Shown here one piece after another: positions 6,493 to 16,696 of a stretch of DNA of 23,831 nt. Both the position numbers and the translations under genes were made by a program. The DNA is from Elusimicrobiales bacterium (GTDB lineage: Bacteria > Elusimicrobiota > Elusimicrobia > Elusimicrobiales > UBA9959). Within the stretch, counting starts at the first letter, position 1. Each line of letters begins with the position of its first letter. The notes under the pieces were generated by a model. That model was not told the DNA's origin and did no database searches. It saw only the letters and a program-made list of their open reading frames with translations. Location: NCBI GenBank assembly GCA_049972095.1, contig JBMFKQ010000026.1, positions 1 to 23,831 on the forward strand, in the 5' to 3' direction.

Positions 6493-9312
6493 AGCATTTT
6501 CCTCCTTCTCTGGGTTCTTTGAGGAGTAGGATTCAAGCTCACTGATTATTTTTTTAAGAAAGTATGCAGGATCATTTCTCTTTACATAAGCCAACACACA
6601 TTTTCTCTGCTTTTCTTTCATTGCAAGAAAATCGCCTCTTGCTTGAGATTTGCAGATTCTGTCAAAGCTCAAATCCTCTCCTATTATCTTTATATCTTTT
6701 TTCGGCTTGTAAGTCAAGATCAAAAACACACCATTGTTTGCTCCCCCTTTAAAAAGCTGTCCTATAGAATGAAGATATCTTGGCCCATAGACACATAACG
6801 ATGTTATACCTAAATCTTCTGTAAGTAATCTTTTTATTTTCTTCATCATCAAATCATTCTTTTTATTTTCATCTATGTAAGCACAAAGCGAGAAATACCC
6901 ATCTTCACAAGTATTTTTAAGCATCTGCCATAACAACGGCTCGTTTGTATTGATAGTTATGTTCGCACTATGTATTTCAATATCTTTAATTTTTAAATCA
7001 GGTTTTGTCTTTAAATTTTTGGCTTCAAGAATTTTTTTTGTAAAGTCTTTTGTGAACTGAACATCAGGCTGATCAAATGGGTTTATCCCCATTATATGTC
7101 CTACAAGAGCAGTTGCTACCTCCCATATATAAAACTCCGTAAATATCTCATATATATCATCTATGTATATTCTTAAAACAGGATGGCCGTTGCTTATAAG
7201 TTTATTTATATGTTGCTCGTTTTCATAAAAGTTTGAAAAATTGACTATTACGAATAATCTATCGTTAGAATATGAATCTGGGTTTAATAATTCAGTGTCA
7301 ACGATAGGAACTATGCCCTTTCCATCTTTGCCTGTGGATTCTGCAATAAGCTGTTCCACCCAGAGTCCAAACCTCTCAAGTTTTTTAGGAAGGATAAGGG
7401 TAAGCTTATCTCTTCCACTAAGAAATGCCTTTCCTAAAAAACATCCAAGTGCGATTGACCTTGAATTTTCAGCCACAAGATCCTTTCTTGCTTTATCTGC
7501 TTTTTCAATCAACTTTTCAATATTGCATCCTGTAAATGATGCAGGCACAACTCCAAAGTAAGAAAATACAGAGAACCTTCCACCTATATCCGAAGGATTT
7601 ATAAATATTTTTCTGAAAGAATACTTTCTGGCAATCTCTTCAAGTGGTGTTGAACTGTCTGTTATTGCAATAAAATTTCTTCCAGCTTTTTTTGTCTTCT
7701 TTTTAAGCAGAGAATAGAAGTATTTGAAATGACTTATTGTCTCAAGTGTAGTTCCTGATTTGCTTGATACTATAAATAGAGTTTTCTCAATCTTTATAGC
7801 CGATAAAATTCTTGCTATCCAATCAGGATTTGTAGAGTCAACTACATAGAAGTTTATCTTCCTGTGATTCCCAAAGATGCTTAATATTACCTCACTGCTG
7901 AGGCTTGATCCTCCCATTCCAAGAAGAACTGCATATTTAAACCCTTCTTTTATAATCTCATCCCTGAGTTTAATTATCTCGCCGATATTTTTCTTCATTT
8001 CGGATGCAATATCAAGCCATCCAAGCGAATTTATTATGTGTTTAGCTGTTTTTGTATCTTTTTTCCAGAGTGTTGGATCCTTTGAAAAAAGCCTTTTTAC
8101 AAATTGTTTATTTTTTATCTCATTCATCGTTTGTTCAATTGAGAGATTATAGATCTGAATTGATGGAGTTGATACATCTGTTTCTTTTATTTTTATCCTT
8201 ATAGCATTAAGTATTTTGTTGTATGAATCAACAAATCTCTTAATGCCATCTGACAGAAGTCTTTCGAAAACATCCTCCCATACAATACCAGCTCTTTCTA
8301 TCTGTTTGTATATCTGTTTTGCTTGATTGATTCTTGTATCTATATCTTCCAGATTTATCATGCCATGGCTAAAAAACGCAAAAATAGTATTTAGAGGAAG
8401 TGTATTTATTGTGTTTGGAAGGCAAAGCTCATCAACATAAAGGGTGTCTCTAAAAGATGGATCCTTTGTGCTTGTTGATGCCCAAAGAAGTTTTTGGGGC
8501 TTTACTGATGCATTTTTGTATTTTTCAAAGCCTTCTCCAAAAAATTTCTTAAGATAAATCTCATATACTAAAAGTGATATAGAAATTGCTGCCCTTCCTT
8601 TAAGCATTAGTATTTCGTTTTTTTTGTCTGGATCATTAACCTGCATAGCTATTCTATCAATCTCTTTCGATACCTCCGTATCTATTCTACTTACAAAAAA
8701 GCTTGCAACTGAGAAGACATTACAATCAAGTCCATTTTCAAGCCTCCATTTCATTGCTGATATATATGCATCAGCAACCCTGCTGTAAAATTGAGGTGAG
8801 AATATGAGAGTCATATTTATATTTATTCCCTTTTTTAAAAGTTCCTCCCCTGCTTGTATTCCACTTTCAGTTGCTGGAATTTTTATCATAAGATTACTAC
8901 GACTGACCATATCGTAGATTTTCTCAGCACATTCTATCATCTTTGATTTCTCGTTTATAGTTGGTGGTATCTCAATACTTACATATCCGTCATTGCCGTT
9001 TGTTGTTTCGTATGTTTTTTTGAAAAGATCACATGCTCGCTGTATATCTTCAATCATCAATGAATATGCTATATCCTCTTCATTTTTGAATTTTTTTATT
9101 GCAATTTTTATCGAATCATTGTAGAGAGATGAGTTGAGTATTGCGTTTTCAAATATTGTTGGGTTAGATGTTAGCCCTGTAATCTCATATTTTTCTATGA
9201 GATTTGAAAGTGTTCTGTTAAGTATTATGTCTCTGCTTATTGAATCAAGCCATAAAGACTGATATATCTTTTTGAATTTTCTATATATCTCTATCTGCTG
9301 TTCAAGACTCAT
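6163..9312 (-). CDS. Bifunctional transaldolase / glucose-6-phosphate isomerase with an additional C-terminal Ig-like domain
   Basis: Tal motifs LWLDSISR, TSNPTIF, NLMIKIPAT, NMTLIFS, ASFFVSRID, LWASTSTKDP. PGI motifs GMGGSSL, SKSGTTLET, GGRFSVFS, EQLIAESTGK, NPFDQPDV, GPRYLHSIGQLFKGG. About 110 extra C-terminal residues. Confidence 0.95.
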   Translation of the reverse strand: MSLEQQIEIYRKFKKIYQSLWLDSISRDIILNRTLSNLIEKYEITGLTSNPTIFENAILNSSLYNDSIKIAIKKFKNEEDIAYSLMIEDIQRACDLFKKTYETTNGNDGYVSIEIPPTINEKSKMIECAEKIYDMVSRSNLMIKIPATESGIQAGEELLKKGININMTLIFSPQFYSRVADAYISAMKWRLENGLDCNVFSVASFFVSRIDTEVSKEIDRIAMQVNDPDKKNEILMLKGRAAISISLLVYEIYLKKFFGEGFEKYKNASVKPQKLLWASTSTKDPSFRDTLYVDELCLPNTINTLPLNTIFAFFSHGMINLEDIDTRINQAKQIYKQIERAGIVWEDVFERLLSDGIKRFVDSYNKILNAIRIKIKETDVSTPSIQIYNLSIEQTMNEIKNKQFVKRLFSKDPTLWKKDTKTAKHIINSLGWLDIASEMKKNIGEIIKLRDEIIKEGFKYAVLLGMGGSSLSSEVILSIFGNHRKINFYVVDSTNPDWIARILSAIKIEKTLFIVSSKSGTTLETISHFKYFYSLLKKKTKKAGRNFIAITDSSTPLEEIARKYSFRKIFINPSDIGGRFSVFSYFGVVPASFTGCNIEKLIEKADKARKDLVAENSRSIALGCFLGKAFLSGRDKLTLILPKKLERFGLWVEQLIAESTGKDGKGIVPIVDTELLNPDSYSNDRLFVIVNFSNFYENEQHINKLISNGHPVLRIYIDDIYEIFTEFYIWEVATALVGHIMGINPFDQPDVQFTKDFTKKILEAKNLKTKPDLKIKDIEIHSANITINTNEPLLWQMLKNTCEDGYFSLCAYIDENKKNDLMMKKIKRLLTEDLGITSLCVYGPRYLHSIGQLFKGGANNGVFLILTYKPKKDIKIIGEDLSFDRICKSQARGDFLAMKEKQRKCVLAYVKRNDPAYFLKKIISELESYSSKNPEKEENAMPRAATKCLKNKQDEQKSNKDKAYVVIDYPRANETITSPYYTIRIGASPTSKVEVSIDGGPWMSARESVGYWWGDWYNITPGKHEIIARMQTPDGTYITSKRRRCKAVL

Positions 9313-9758
9313 TTACCCTCCTCAATTGCCTTTATCTTTAAAAGCCTTCTTATGTATCTTTCCTCAGGGATAAATTTTGCATCTATGAAAGCTCTAATAA
9401 TTTCCTTTGCAAGTTCGTTTCCTATTGTTTTTGAACCAAGACAAATTACATTCATATCATCATGCTCAACACCCTGATGTGCAGAATATGTGTCATGACA
9501 CAGGCATGCCCTTATCCCTTTTATCTTGTTTGCTGCGATGCATGCCCCAACCCCACTTCCACATATAATTATTCCTCTCTCGGCTCTTTTTTCTATTATT
9601 TCTTCTGAAACCTTTCTTGAAAAATCAGGATAATCGGATTTTATATTAGGATTATCAGTTCCCACATCAATTACTGAATGACCGAGCTTTTGAAGATATG
9701 ATTTTAACTCTTCCTTAAGAGCATATCCAGCATGATCACTGCCAATAGCTATTTTCAT
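9309..9758 (-). CDS. rpiB: Ribose-5-phosphate isomerase B
   Basis: MKIAIGSDHAG, DYPDF, CGSGVG...ANKIKGIRA, HDDMNVICLG. Start is ATG 9758 (ATGA overlap with batE), not 9803. Confidence 0.96.
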   Translation of the reverse strand: MKIAIGSDHAGYALKEELKSYLQKLGHSVIDVGTDNPNIKSDYPDFSRKVSEEIIEKRAERGIIICGSGVGACIAANKIKGIRACLCHDTYSAHQGVEHDDMNVICLGSKTIGNELAKEIIRAFIDAKFIPEERYIRRLLKIKAIEEGK

Positions 9759-10477
9759 ATTTTTTCTCCTTTTATCTTTATTATATCTTCTTTTTTGATC
9801 CAACCTTTTATATTTTGTTCAGGAATTCCAACCTCCGCAAAATCATCATTTTCTTTTATGAGGAAAAGAACTTTTGATTGAGGTATAGTTGCAAGCACCA
9901 TAAACTTATTCCCCGGTCCACTTAAAATATCTGTTTCTTTTAAAGTTATAGCAGGTGAGTAAAATATTGAGTTTTTTCTCATCATATACCATGTTGAAAA
10001 AAATATAAGTAGAATGAGCGTGATTATGAGGAGTTTTTTGAGAAGTTTTGAAGAGAATAACCAGAGAATTAATATTATTGATAAGATTATAAACATTATA
10101 TGGATTGCACTCCTTAGCTCATAATCACTAAGCAGGAAATAAAAAGTGTAGAGAGTCTGAGGTATTTCATCTGAGAATAGAGTGTTTGATGTTTCTGTTG
10201 ATATTTTTTTAAGGTTAGAAAGATTGTCTTTGTTTCTTGGGTTTAATATAAATGATTTTATGTAGTATGCAAGAGCCATAGTCCGGTTGCCTAATTTATA
10301 ATGGCAGTTTGCAGCGTTATAATAAAGATATGGATTTAGTGGATCTTTAGATATCATCGAAGAGTAGAGCTCAAGGGCTGATTTGAAGTTATTTTCTTTA
10401 TAGTACAAAGCAGCTTCATCTTGAATGTTTGGTTGTTGGGAAAAGAGATAAATCAGGGTAAGAAGTGTCAATTTCAC
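9755..10477 (-). CDS. batE: BatE-like TPR + TM + SH3-like protein
   Basis: Signal peptide, TPR (YYNAANCHYKLG...NPRNKDNLSNL), two TM helices, SH3-like ILSGPG...GWIKKEDI. Last gene of the Bat cluster; GTG start overlaps the batD stop. Confidence 0.8.
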   Translation of the reverse strand: MKLTLLTLIYLFSQQPNIQDEAALYYKENNFKSALELYSSMISKDPLNPYLYYNAANCHYKLGNRTMALAYYIKSFILNPRNKDNLSNLKKISTETSNTLFSDEIPQTLYTFYFLLSDYELRSAIHIMFIILSIILILWLFSSKLLKKLLIITLILLIFFSTWYMMRKNSIFYSPAITLKETDILSGPGNKFMVLATIPQSKVLFLIKENDDFAEVGIPEQNIKGWIKKEDIIKIKGEKI

Positions 10478-12297
10478 CTTCCAATCTCCTTATCTATTTC
10501 TCTAATCAGCTTTATAACCTTTTGCAATATCAAATCAACCTCACTTTGCGAGGCCTGAGTCTTTGTAAAGTTGAGAAATTCAATTCTGTTTATAACATCC
10601 TCAAGCTCTTTAAGGTTTTGTTCAGAAACAGATGGAATTTTTTCCTTTATAAGATCTTTTAACTTTGAAAACGACATATGTGAAATATTCTCCTTAAGCT
10701 TTGATGAGAAGTATTCATAAACTGACTCATAAATAACAGACAGAGTTTTTGATCTATCCTCTTTGATAGTTCTTGATATTCTTTTTTCAAATAGTGAAAC
10801 TGCTTTTTTATATCTATAAAGAGGTGAGTTGATGTCATATGATGAAAGTTTTAGTTTAACTACAGACAAAATCATTATAATAACAACTATAAATATATCA
10901 AATGTAAAGCTGAAAGAAGATATTTTGTTTGTAAGCCTGTAAAAAACTGATGATGGAATGTTTTCTCTTATGTAGTTTATATCACTTCCCTTCCGTTCAA
11001 TTTGAGTTAGTGGCTTTGATGTATCAAAATCAAATGTTTTACCCTCTTTTGCTTTGAGCGCTGTGATTTTTATTGGATCTGTGGTTATGGTTTCATATTT
11101 CTTTGTATCTATATTAAAGAAGGTAAATTTTATTGGCTCAATAGTTATTGTTCCTTCTGAAATAGGTGTGGCTATGTAAGTAAATTTTTTTGTTCCTCCT
11201 ATAACATCATTGTTTTTTGAAATACTTTCTGAGGATAAAACATCGTATATCTTAATGAAGTTGTTGTTTATCTGGGGTGCTGTTATTGGTTTTATGTTTC
11301 CCTTTCCTGTTATTTCAACGATTATATTAATTGGATCGCCTGCATGGACTGTTTGTTTGTCTATCTTTGCAGTTATGAAGAAATTTCCAACTGCAGCTGA
11401 GAAATCTTTTGGGGGAGGTGGCAGTTCAAGTATTTCCAATTCTATGGGTTGCGTTTCAACTGTAATATTCTTTGTGCCAATAGCTTGAGAAAAAAACTTC
11501 TGAATAAAATTAGGATCAAATGGGTCAAATTCCAGTTCTTGCTGAACCGGGGCTATTATCCTGGCTGGTGTTATCTTTGCTTTTCCACTCATTATTCCAA
11601 AAAGCGCTGTTTTTGTTTCAACAAAATAGTATTTTATTCCGTCAATAATTTCAGTTCCTGTTCTTGGTGGTGGTAGATCCTCCGATGTAAGGTTTGAGTA
11701 TGTTGGTGGGAAATACTGTGGATTTGCTGCTATTGGAAGAGCTGTGTAGAATTTAATCGAGAGTGTTATTTGCTGTCCCTGATATGCTTTTTTCCTATCA
11801 ACGCTTGCCTTTGCAAATATGAGTTGTTCCGTTGTTATCTCTTTTTTTATCTTATTTTGTTTTCCTGGATATTGTTGTGGTGAGATCTGTGTTTGTTGCT
11901 GTGGGATTGATTGCGATATTGATGGTGCTGTTATTTCCACCTCTATTTCCTTTGTGAAGTATTTTTCTTTTCCTGTAAAAACACCTATTCTTGGTATAAT
12001 AAATCTCCCTGTCCTTTTGGGTAGAAGAGTGTAGAGATATTCAATGGTTGTAGTTATCTGTCCATTTACAATTGTTATGTTGCTGCTTTTTCCCGACTGA
12101 TATACATTGAAATCTGAAAGTGATGGAAAGTCTATATTTGCTGTGGTGATATTCTGCCCACTTAGAGATATTGTAAGCGTAAAACTTTCATTTATAGGAA
12201 TGGTTTTTCTGTCAACCCATGCACTTACAGTAATCTGAGAAAAAGCAGTTGATTGGATTGAAGCAAGTAATAATATTATGCTACCAATCAAACTCAT
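10474..12297 (-). CDS. batD: BatD family protein
   Basis: Signal peptide, VSAWVDRKTIPINESFTLTI, SSNITIVNG, FSAAVGNF, ITGKGNI, C-terminal TM; position in the Bat operon. Confidence 0.92.
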   Translation of the reverse strand: MSLIGSIILLLASIQSTAFSQITVSAWVDRKTIPINESFTLTISLSGQNITTANIDFPSLSDFNVYQSGKSSNITIVNGQITTTIEYLYTLLPKRTGRFIIPRIGVFTGKEKYFTKEIEVEITAPSISQSIPQQQTQISPQQYPGKQNKIKKEITTEQLIFAKASVDRKKAYQGQQITLSIKFYTALPIAANPQYFPPTYSNLTSEDLPPPRTGTEIIDGIKYYFVETKTALFGIMSGKAKITPARIIAPVQQELEFDPFDPNFIQKFFSQAIGTKNITVETQPIELEILELPPPPKDFSAAVGNFFITAKIDKQTVHAGDPINIIVEITGKGNIKPITAPQINNNFIKIYDVLSSESISKNNDVIGGTKKFTYIATPISEGTITIEPIKFTFFNIDTKKYETITTDPIKITALKAKEGKTFDFDTSKPLTQIERKGSDINYIRENIPSSVFYRLTNKISSFSFTFDIFIVVIIMILSVVKLKLSSYDINSPLYRYKKAVSLFEKRISRTIKEDRSKTLSVIYESVYEYFSSKLKENISHMSFSKLKDLIKEKIPSVSEQNLKELEDVINRIEFLNFTKTQASQSEVDLILQKVIKLIREIDKEIGR

Positions 12298-13924
12298 TTT
12301 TTATTTCCTCAGCGCGTTTTTGTTTCTCTGCTGCTTTCTTTATATTCTCTCTTTCCATATTTTTTATCATATCAAGAAACTTTTCAGCTTGTTGTTTTTG
12401 TTGTGAGGCTTGTTGTTTTTTGTCTTCTTTTTTGTCTCCTTCACTACCTTGCTCTTTTTTATTTTTATTGTTCTTATCATTATTTCTATCTGATTTTTGT
12501 GATAAGCTGCAAGAAGAGGATGATGAATTCTTTTTTTTAAGCAGAAGCTCAAGATTATATTTTGCATCCTCGTTTGATATATCATAAAGTATTGCCTTTC
12601 TATACATTTCCTCGGCTTTTTCAATATCGTTTTTCACAGCATAGGAATTTCCAGTATTGTATGTAGATTTTGATAAGATTTTTTTATTCTTTATTGATTC
12701 ATAGATTTTTATGGCTTCATCATATCTTCCAAGTCTATAAAGTGTATTTGCCATATTAAATTTTATCTTTTCATTTTGACTATCACTTTCAAGAGCCTTC
12801 TGATATTCGTTGAGCGATTTTTTGTAATCCTTTTTATTATAGTATTTGTTGGCTTTTTCTGCTATGAATTCAGATTTTATATCAAGCGAATTTAGATTAG
12901 AAACGCTTACTAACACAACTACAATCATTACAGCAAGGGATGATGGTATCTCCATAATAATAAATTCTATCAAAATTAGAAGAAATGCAATGATGAGAAA
13001 ATATTGATATCTGTTTTTGTAATATATTGTTTTCTGAGAGTTTTTTGAAAATCCTATTTTTTCTATAAACTTTTTTATCTCCGTAGCAACATATTCCGCA
13101 GATGTGTATCTTATATACTTTCCACCAGTTGCATTCGCTATCTCAATAAGAGTTTTTTCATCAAGCCTTGATATTATAGTTTTACCAGTTGAATCTTTCT
13201 TGGGCTCATTCTTTTGCTCGTCGTATAGAATATCTCCTTCAGGACTTCCTATGCCTACTGTTATAAATTTTGTTTTTCCTTTTGATATCTTTGAAATCGC
13301 ATCACTAACCCTTTGGGAATGATCCTCTCCATCTGTAAAAAGAACCACAATTTTCTCGCCAGGATAACTTGCAAGGTATTCATATGTTGTTAGTATAGCA
13401 TCAGCTATATTTGTACCCGGATATGGAAGCATATCAGGTTTTAGTATATCTGTAAAATACATTACGGCATCACTGTCATCTGTAAGAGGGCATTGTATAT
13501 AGGCTTTATCTTGAAATGCTATTACAGCCATTCTGGATTCTTTTATATTTTCAATAATTGATTTAAGTGCAAGCTTAACACTTTCAAGTCTTGAAGGCTT
13601 TATATCTCTTGCAGACATTGATAGGGATGTGTCAACAACAAATGCCAGACTTGTCAAATAGCTAGGCTTTTCTTTATATTCCACCCCCCATTGTGGACCA
13701 AGAAGGGAAATAAGGATGAAAAAAAGCGAGATGATTAAAAGTATGTCTTTTATCCTTCTTTTTTTCTCAAGAGATGGTGGTATTATCTCGGATATTATAA
13801 CAGGATCAAATATTGATGAGAAGATTTTCTTAGCTCTATTACAAAGCTTTAAATAAATCAAAACGAATATTATAAAGCCTACAAAAGAAGGCAAAAGATA
13901 GCCTTGATATTTGAAGAGCTCCAT
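12281..13924 (-). CDS. BatB-BatC fusion (VWA domain + TPR domain)
   Basis: GPQWG, MIDAS DTSLSM, PSRLE, PLTDD, TDGED; then TMs, TPRs (FNMANTLYRLG, YNTGNSY, DAKYNLE), a K/Q/N-rich linker and the BatC-type terminal DW. Confidence 0.9.
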   Translation of the reverse strand: MELFKYQGYLLPSFVGFIIFVLIYLKLCNRAKKIFSSIFDPVIISEIIPPSLEKKRRIKDILLIISLFFILISLLGPQWGVEYKEKPSYLTSLAFVVDTSLSMSARDIKPSRLESVKLALKSIIENIKESRMAVIAFQDKAYIQCPLTDDSDAVMYFTDILKPDMLPYPGTNIADAILTTYEYLASYPGEKIVVLFTDGEDHSQRVSDAISKISKGKTKFITVGIGSPEGDILYDEQKNEPKKDSTGKTIISRLDEKTLIEIANATGGKYIRYTSAEYVATEIKKFIEKIGFSKNSQKTIYYKNRYQYFLIIAFLLILIEFIIMEIPSSLAVMIVVVLVSVSNLNSLDIKSEFIAEKANKYYNKKDYKKSLNEYQKALESDSQNEKIKFNMANTLYRLGRYDEAIKIYESIKNKKILSKSTYNTGNSYAVKNDIEKAEEMYRKAILYDISNEDAKYNLELLLKKKNSSSSSCSLSQKSDRNNDKNNKNKKEQGSEGDKKEDKKQQASQQKQQAEKFLDMIKNMERENIKKAAEKQKRAEEIKNEFDW

Positions 13925-13925
13925 T

Positions 13926-14906
13926 TTACGGTATCCTCATAAAAACTGTTTTTTCAGCAATCGCTGTTATTATCATTATTATAAAGGCTATTAATAAGAA
14001 GCTTGTATACAGCTCTGAAATCTCAATGCTGTGTCTTATCTCAAATCTTGTTTTTTCAAGCCTGTCAATCTCTGAATATATTCTTTCAAGCTCCTCTTTA
14101 GAGGTTGCTCTGTAAAATCTTCCTCCGGTCATTGATGCTATCTCATCAAGTTCTCTGTCATTAAGATCATCTTCTATGGTTATGTATGGATTAAATGGAT
14201 CACCTGTTGGTATTCTCGCCGGTCCTTTTTTAGCTGTGCCTATAGTGTAGATTTTCACATCAAATTCCTTAACCATCCTTGCTGCTGTTAAGGGGTCCTG
14301 AACTATGCCTGTGTTTGATCTTCCATCGGTAAGGAGTATCATTATTTTGCTTTTGCTTTTTGATCTCTTAAGGTGATTAAGAGCAACAAGTATTGCGTCG
14401 CCTATGGCTGTTCCATCAGTTTTTGTCATTCCAAGCTGTATTCTTCTTATAAATCCTATCACTGCATCATGATCTAATGTAAGAGGGCAGCTTAGGAAAG
14501 CAACTCCACCAAATACCACAATCCCTATTCTGTCATCTTTTCTTTTAAGCACAAAATCCTCTCCAGCCTTTTTTGCCGCTTCAAGGCGGTTTGGTTCAAG
14601 GTCCTGAGCTGCCATGGAAGGTGATGTATCTATGACAAGCATTATATCGACCCCTTCTGTTGGAGGTATTTCCTCTTTTATTATCTGCTGCGGTCTTGCA
14701 AGTGCAACGATTATAAAAAGAAGGGATATGAACCTTGCATAAAGTGGAAGGTTCTCAGCAATAATGATTTTTATGGATTTGGGTTGTTCTAACTTAAGTG
14801 GAAAGTTTATTTTAAAATCCTTTCTAAATAAGTTTGAAATAACATATGAGAAAGATGCAACTGCTGGTATGATCAGAAGAAAAAAATATGGATTTTGAAA
14901 TCTCAT
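13926..14906 (-). CDS. batA: BatA VWA-domain protein
   Basis: MRFQNPYFFLL, ALARPQ, GVDIMLVIDTSPSM, DRIGIVVF, GTAIGDA, LLTDG, IYTIG, TGGRFYRA, IDRLEK. Confidence 0.94.
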   Translation of the reverse strand: MRFQNPYFFLLIIPAVASFSYVISNLFRKDFKINFPLKLEQPKSIKIIIAENLPLYARFISLLFIIVALARPQQIIKEEIPPTEGVDIMLVIDTSPSMAAQDLEPNRLEAAKKAGEDFVLKRKDDRIGIVVFGGVAFLSCPLTLDHDAVIGFIRRIQLGMTKTDGTAIGDAILVALNHLKRSKSKSKIMILLTDGRSNTGIVQDPLTAARMVKEFDVKIYTIGTAKKGPARIPTGDPFNPYITIEDDLNDRELDEIASMTGGRFYRATSKEELERIYSEIDRLEKTRFEIRHSIEISELYTSFLLIAFIIMIITAIAEKTVFMRIP

Positions 14907-15808
14907 CTTTTTTCTTTCTTTATAGCTTCTGATTCTATTTTTTCTTCTTGCTTTATCTTCTTTTCCTTTGAAAACTCATCCATTTTCTTTATTATATCAT
15001 TAGCCTCTTGTATATTTTTATTTATCCTTTCTATTTCCGGAATGTATTTTGCAAATTTAACAAGGTCTGATATCTCAAGGAACTCTTTGAGTTTTATTAT
15101 TATTTCTACTGAAAACTCGTTTTTAAGTTTTCTAACAAGTTCGTTTGATGTCATCTGCGTTGCACAGACATTGAACTCCTCCTCAATATATTTCCTTATA
15201 ATATCTGAAAGCTCGAAATAGAATTCTTTTATTCTATTTTGTTCTACAAGGTTTTTTGATATAAGATCTCTCATAGAATCCATTGCTCTTTCATAGGGGG
15301 TTCTCATATCCTTGTAGGTTATATTCTGTGGATGTGGAGTTTTTTTTCTGAATTTTCGATAAGCCAGCCAGCCAAGAAGTATTAGCAGTATTGTAATAAC
15401 TATTTTAAGCCACCATAAGAAACTAAATATGGGAGCTATATCTCTTATCTGGTCAGTTTCTTTTGGGTTATAAAGTGGTTTTATTTCAAGAGCAAGAGCT
15501 GGGGTTTTTATCTCTGTATTAAGGTGTGTATTTATGGCAAGTGATGGAAATGTGGATATTCCAACATTGAATGCAATTGTATCAAGGATCAGTTTTGAGT
15601 TTTTAATCTTCATCCCTATAAATTCAAAATCACTTTGTGCTATTGATGATGTTGAGACTGATATTATTGAATATTTTGAGTCAATTTCTATTATAAGAGA
15701 GAATGGCGTTGCAAATTTTATCTCCTTGGGTTTGAGTATCTTTAACTGCTGTGAGTTCAAAACTTGTGAGATTAAAAAAAATATTGAGAATACTACGGTT
15801 TTTTTCAT
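14903..15808 (-). CDS. Conserved membrane-anchored protein of MoxR/Bat clusters (BatD-like/DUF4381-like)
   Basis: Signal peptide, IRDIAP followed by a TM helix, then FYFELSDIIRKYIE...MTSNEL...SDLVKFAKY, typical of the gene between DUF58 and batA. Confidence 0.8.
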   Translation of the reverse strand: MKKTVVFSIFFLISQVLNSQQLKILKPKEIKFATPFSLIIEIDSKYSIISVSTSSIAQSDFEFIGMKIKNSKLILDTIAFNVGISTFPSLAINTHLNTEIKTPALALEIKPLYNPKETDQIRDIAPIFSFLWWLKIVITILLILLGWLAYRKFRKKTPHPQNITYKDMRTPYERAMDSMRDLISKNLVEQNRIKEFYFELSDIIRKYIEEEFNVCATQMTSNELVRKLKNEFSVEIIIKLKEFLEISDLVKFAKYIPEIERINKNIQEANDIIKKMDEFSKEKKIKQEEKIESEAIKKEKR

Positions 15809-16695
15809 ACAGATGCCTTAACTCTTCTGTTTTTGAAGAAGTTTACTACTGTTCTAAAAATATCTTCTCTTGTGCTTATCTCCATAAAATCTATCCCTGC
15901 TGTATTAAAAAGATTTTTGAGTTTTTGGTTTCTAATGTTTTTTTCTCTGTTGTATTTTTCCACTAAGCTTTTATCTGATATATCAACAATTCCCCATTTC
16001 TGTTCTTCCTCATTGAAATATGAGATGAACACGGGGTGTCTCTTAAGTGTTCTTTCCATTGGATCGCTTACAACAACAGGTATAAGATCATGCCTCTGTT
16101 CTGTTATTTTTATAGCTTTTTCAAAACCTTCATCCTCAAAATCAGAGATAAGTATTATAACACACCTTCTTTTCATAAGCTGATTTATCCTTTCAAGTGC
16201 TTTTGAGATGTTTGTATAAGGGCTTTTTGGTTGATATGCTATTATCTCCCTTATTATTCTCAGCACATGATTTCTTCCTTTCCTGGGAGGTATATAAAGT
16301 TCAGGCATATCAGAGAAAAGATAGAGCCCAACCTTGTCATTATTTTTGAGCGCTGCAAAAAGAAAAAGTGCTGCAAGCTCTGCTGCAAGCTCATTTTTCA
16401 TCTTCTTTTCTGTCCCAAAAAAAAGGGATGATGATATATCTGTTGCCACAAGGAGTGTGAGTTCCCTTTCCTCATTGAATTTTTTTACATACACCTTTGA
16501 GGTTCTTGCTGTTATGTTCCAGTCAATTGTTCTTATATCATCTCCAACAATATATTCCCTTACCTCGGCAAATTCAATTCCCTTTCCTTTAAAGACACTT
16601 AGGTATTGCCCGCTGAAGCTTTCACTGACAAGTTTTCCTGTTTTTATTTCTATCTCCCTGACTTTTTTGAGTATCTGGGCAGTGTTTAGTTTCAT
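15805..16695 (-). CDS. DUF58 domain protein
   Basis: SVFKGKGIEFAEVREYIVGDDIRTIDWNITAR, EERE, NNDKVGL, ILISDF. Start placed at ATG 16695, 1 nt after the moxR stop. Confidence 0.95.
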   Translation of the reverse strand: MKLNTAQILKKVREIEIKTGKLVSESFSGQYLSVFKGKGIEFAEVREYIVGDDIRTIDWNITARTSKVYVKKFNEERELTLLVATDISSSLFFGTEKKMKNELAAELAALFLFAALKNNDKVGLYLFSDMPELYIPPRKGRNHVLRIIREIIAYQPKSPYTNISKALERINQLMKRRCVIILISDFEDEGFEKAIKITEQRHDLIPVVVSDPMERTLKRHPVFISYFNEEEQKWGIVDISDKSLVEKYNREKNIRNQKLKNLFNTAGIDFMEISTREDIFRTVVNFFKNRRVKASV

Positions 16696-16696
16696 A

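Noticed and set aside
12395..12545. Repetitive TTG/TTC-rich tract as a tandem repeat
   Set aside because: It encodes the normal K/Q/N/S-rich BatC linker and has no fixed repeat unit.
12367..12624. Alternative-frame minus ORF (85 aa) inside batB/C; similarly 19297-19488 inside speE
   Set aside because: Out-of-frame by-products of A-rich or low-complexity coding sequence. The host genes are intact, so no frameshift is needed.
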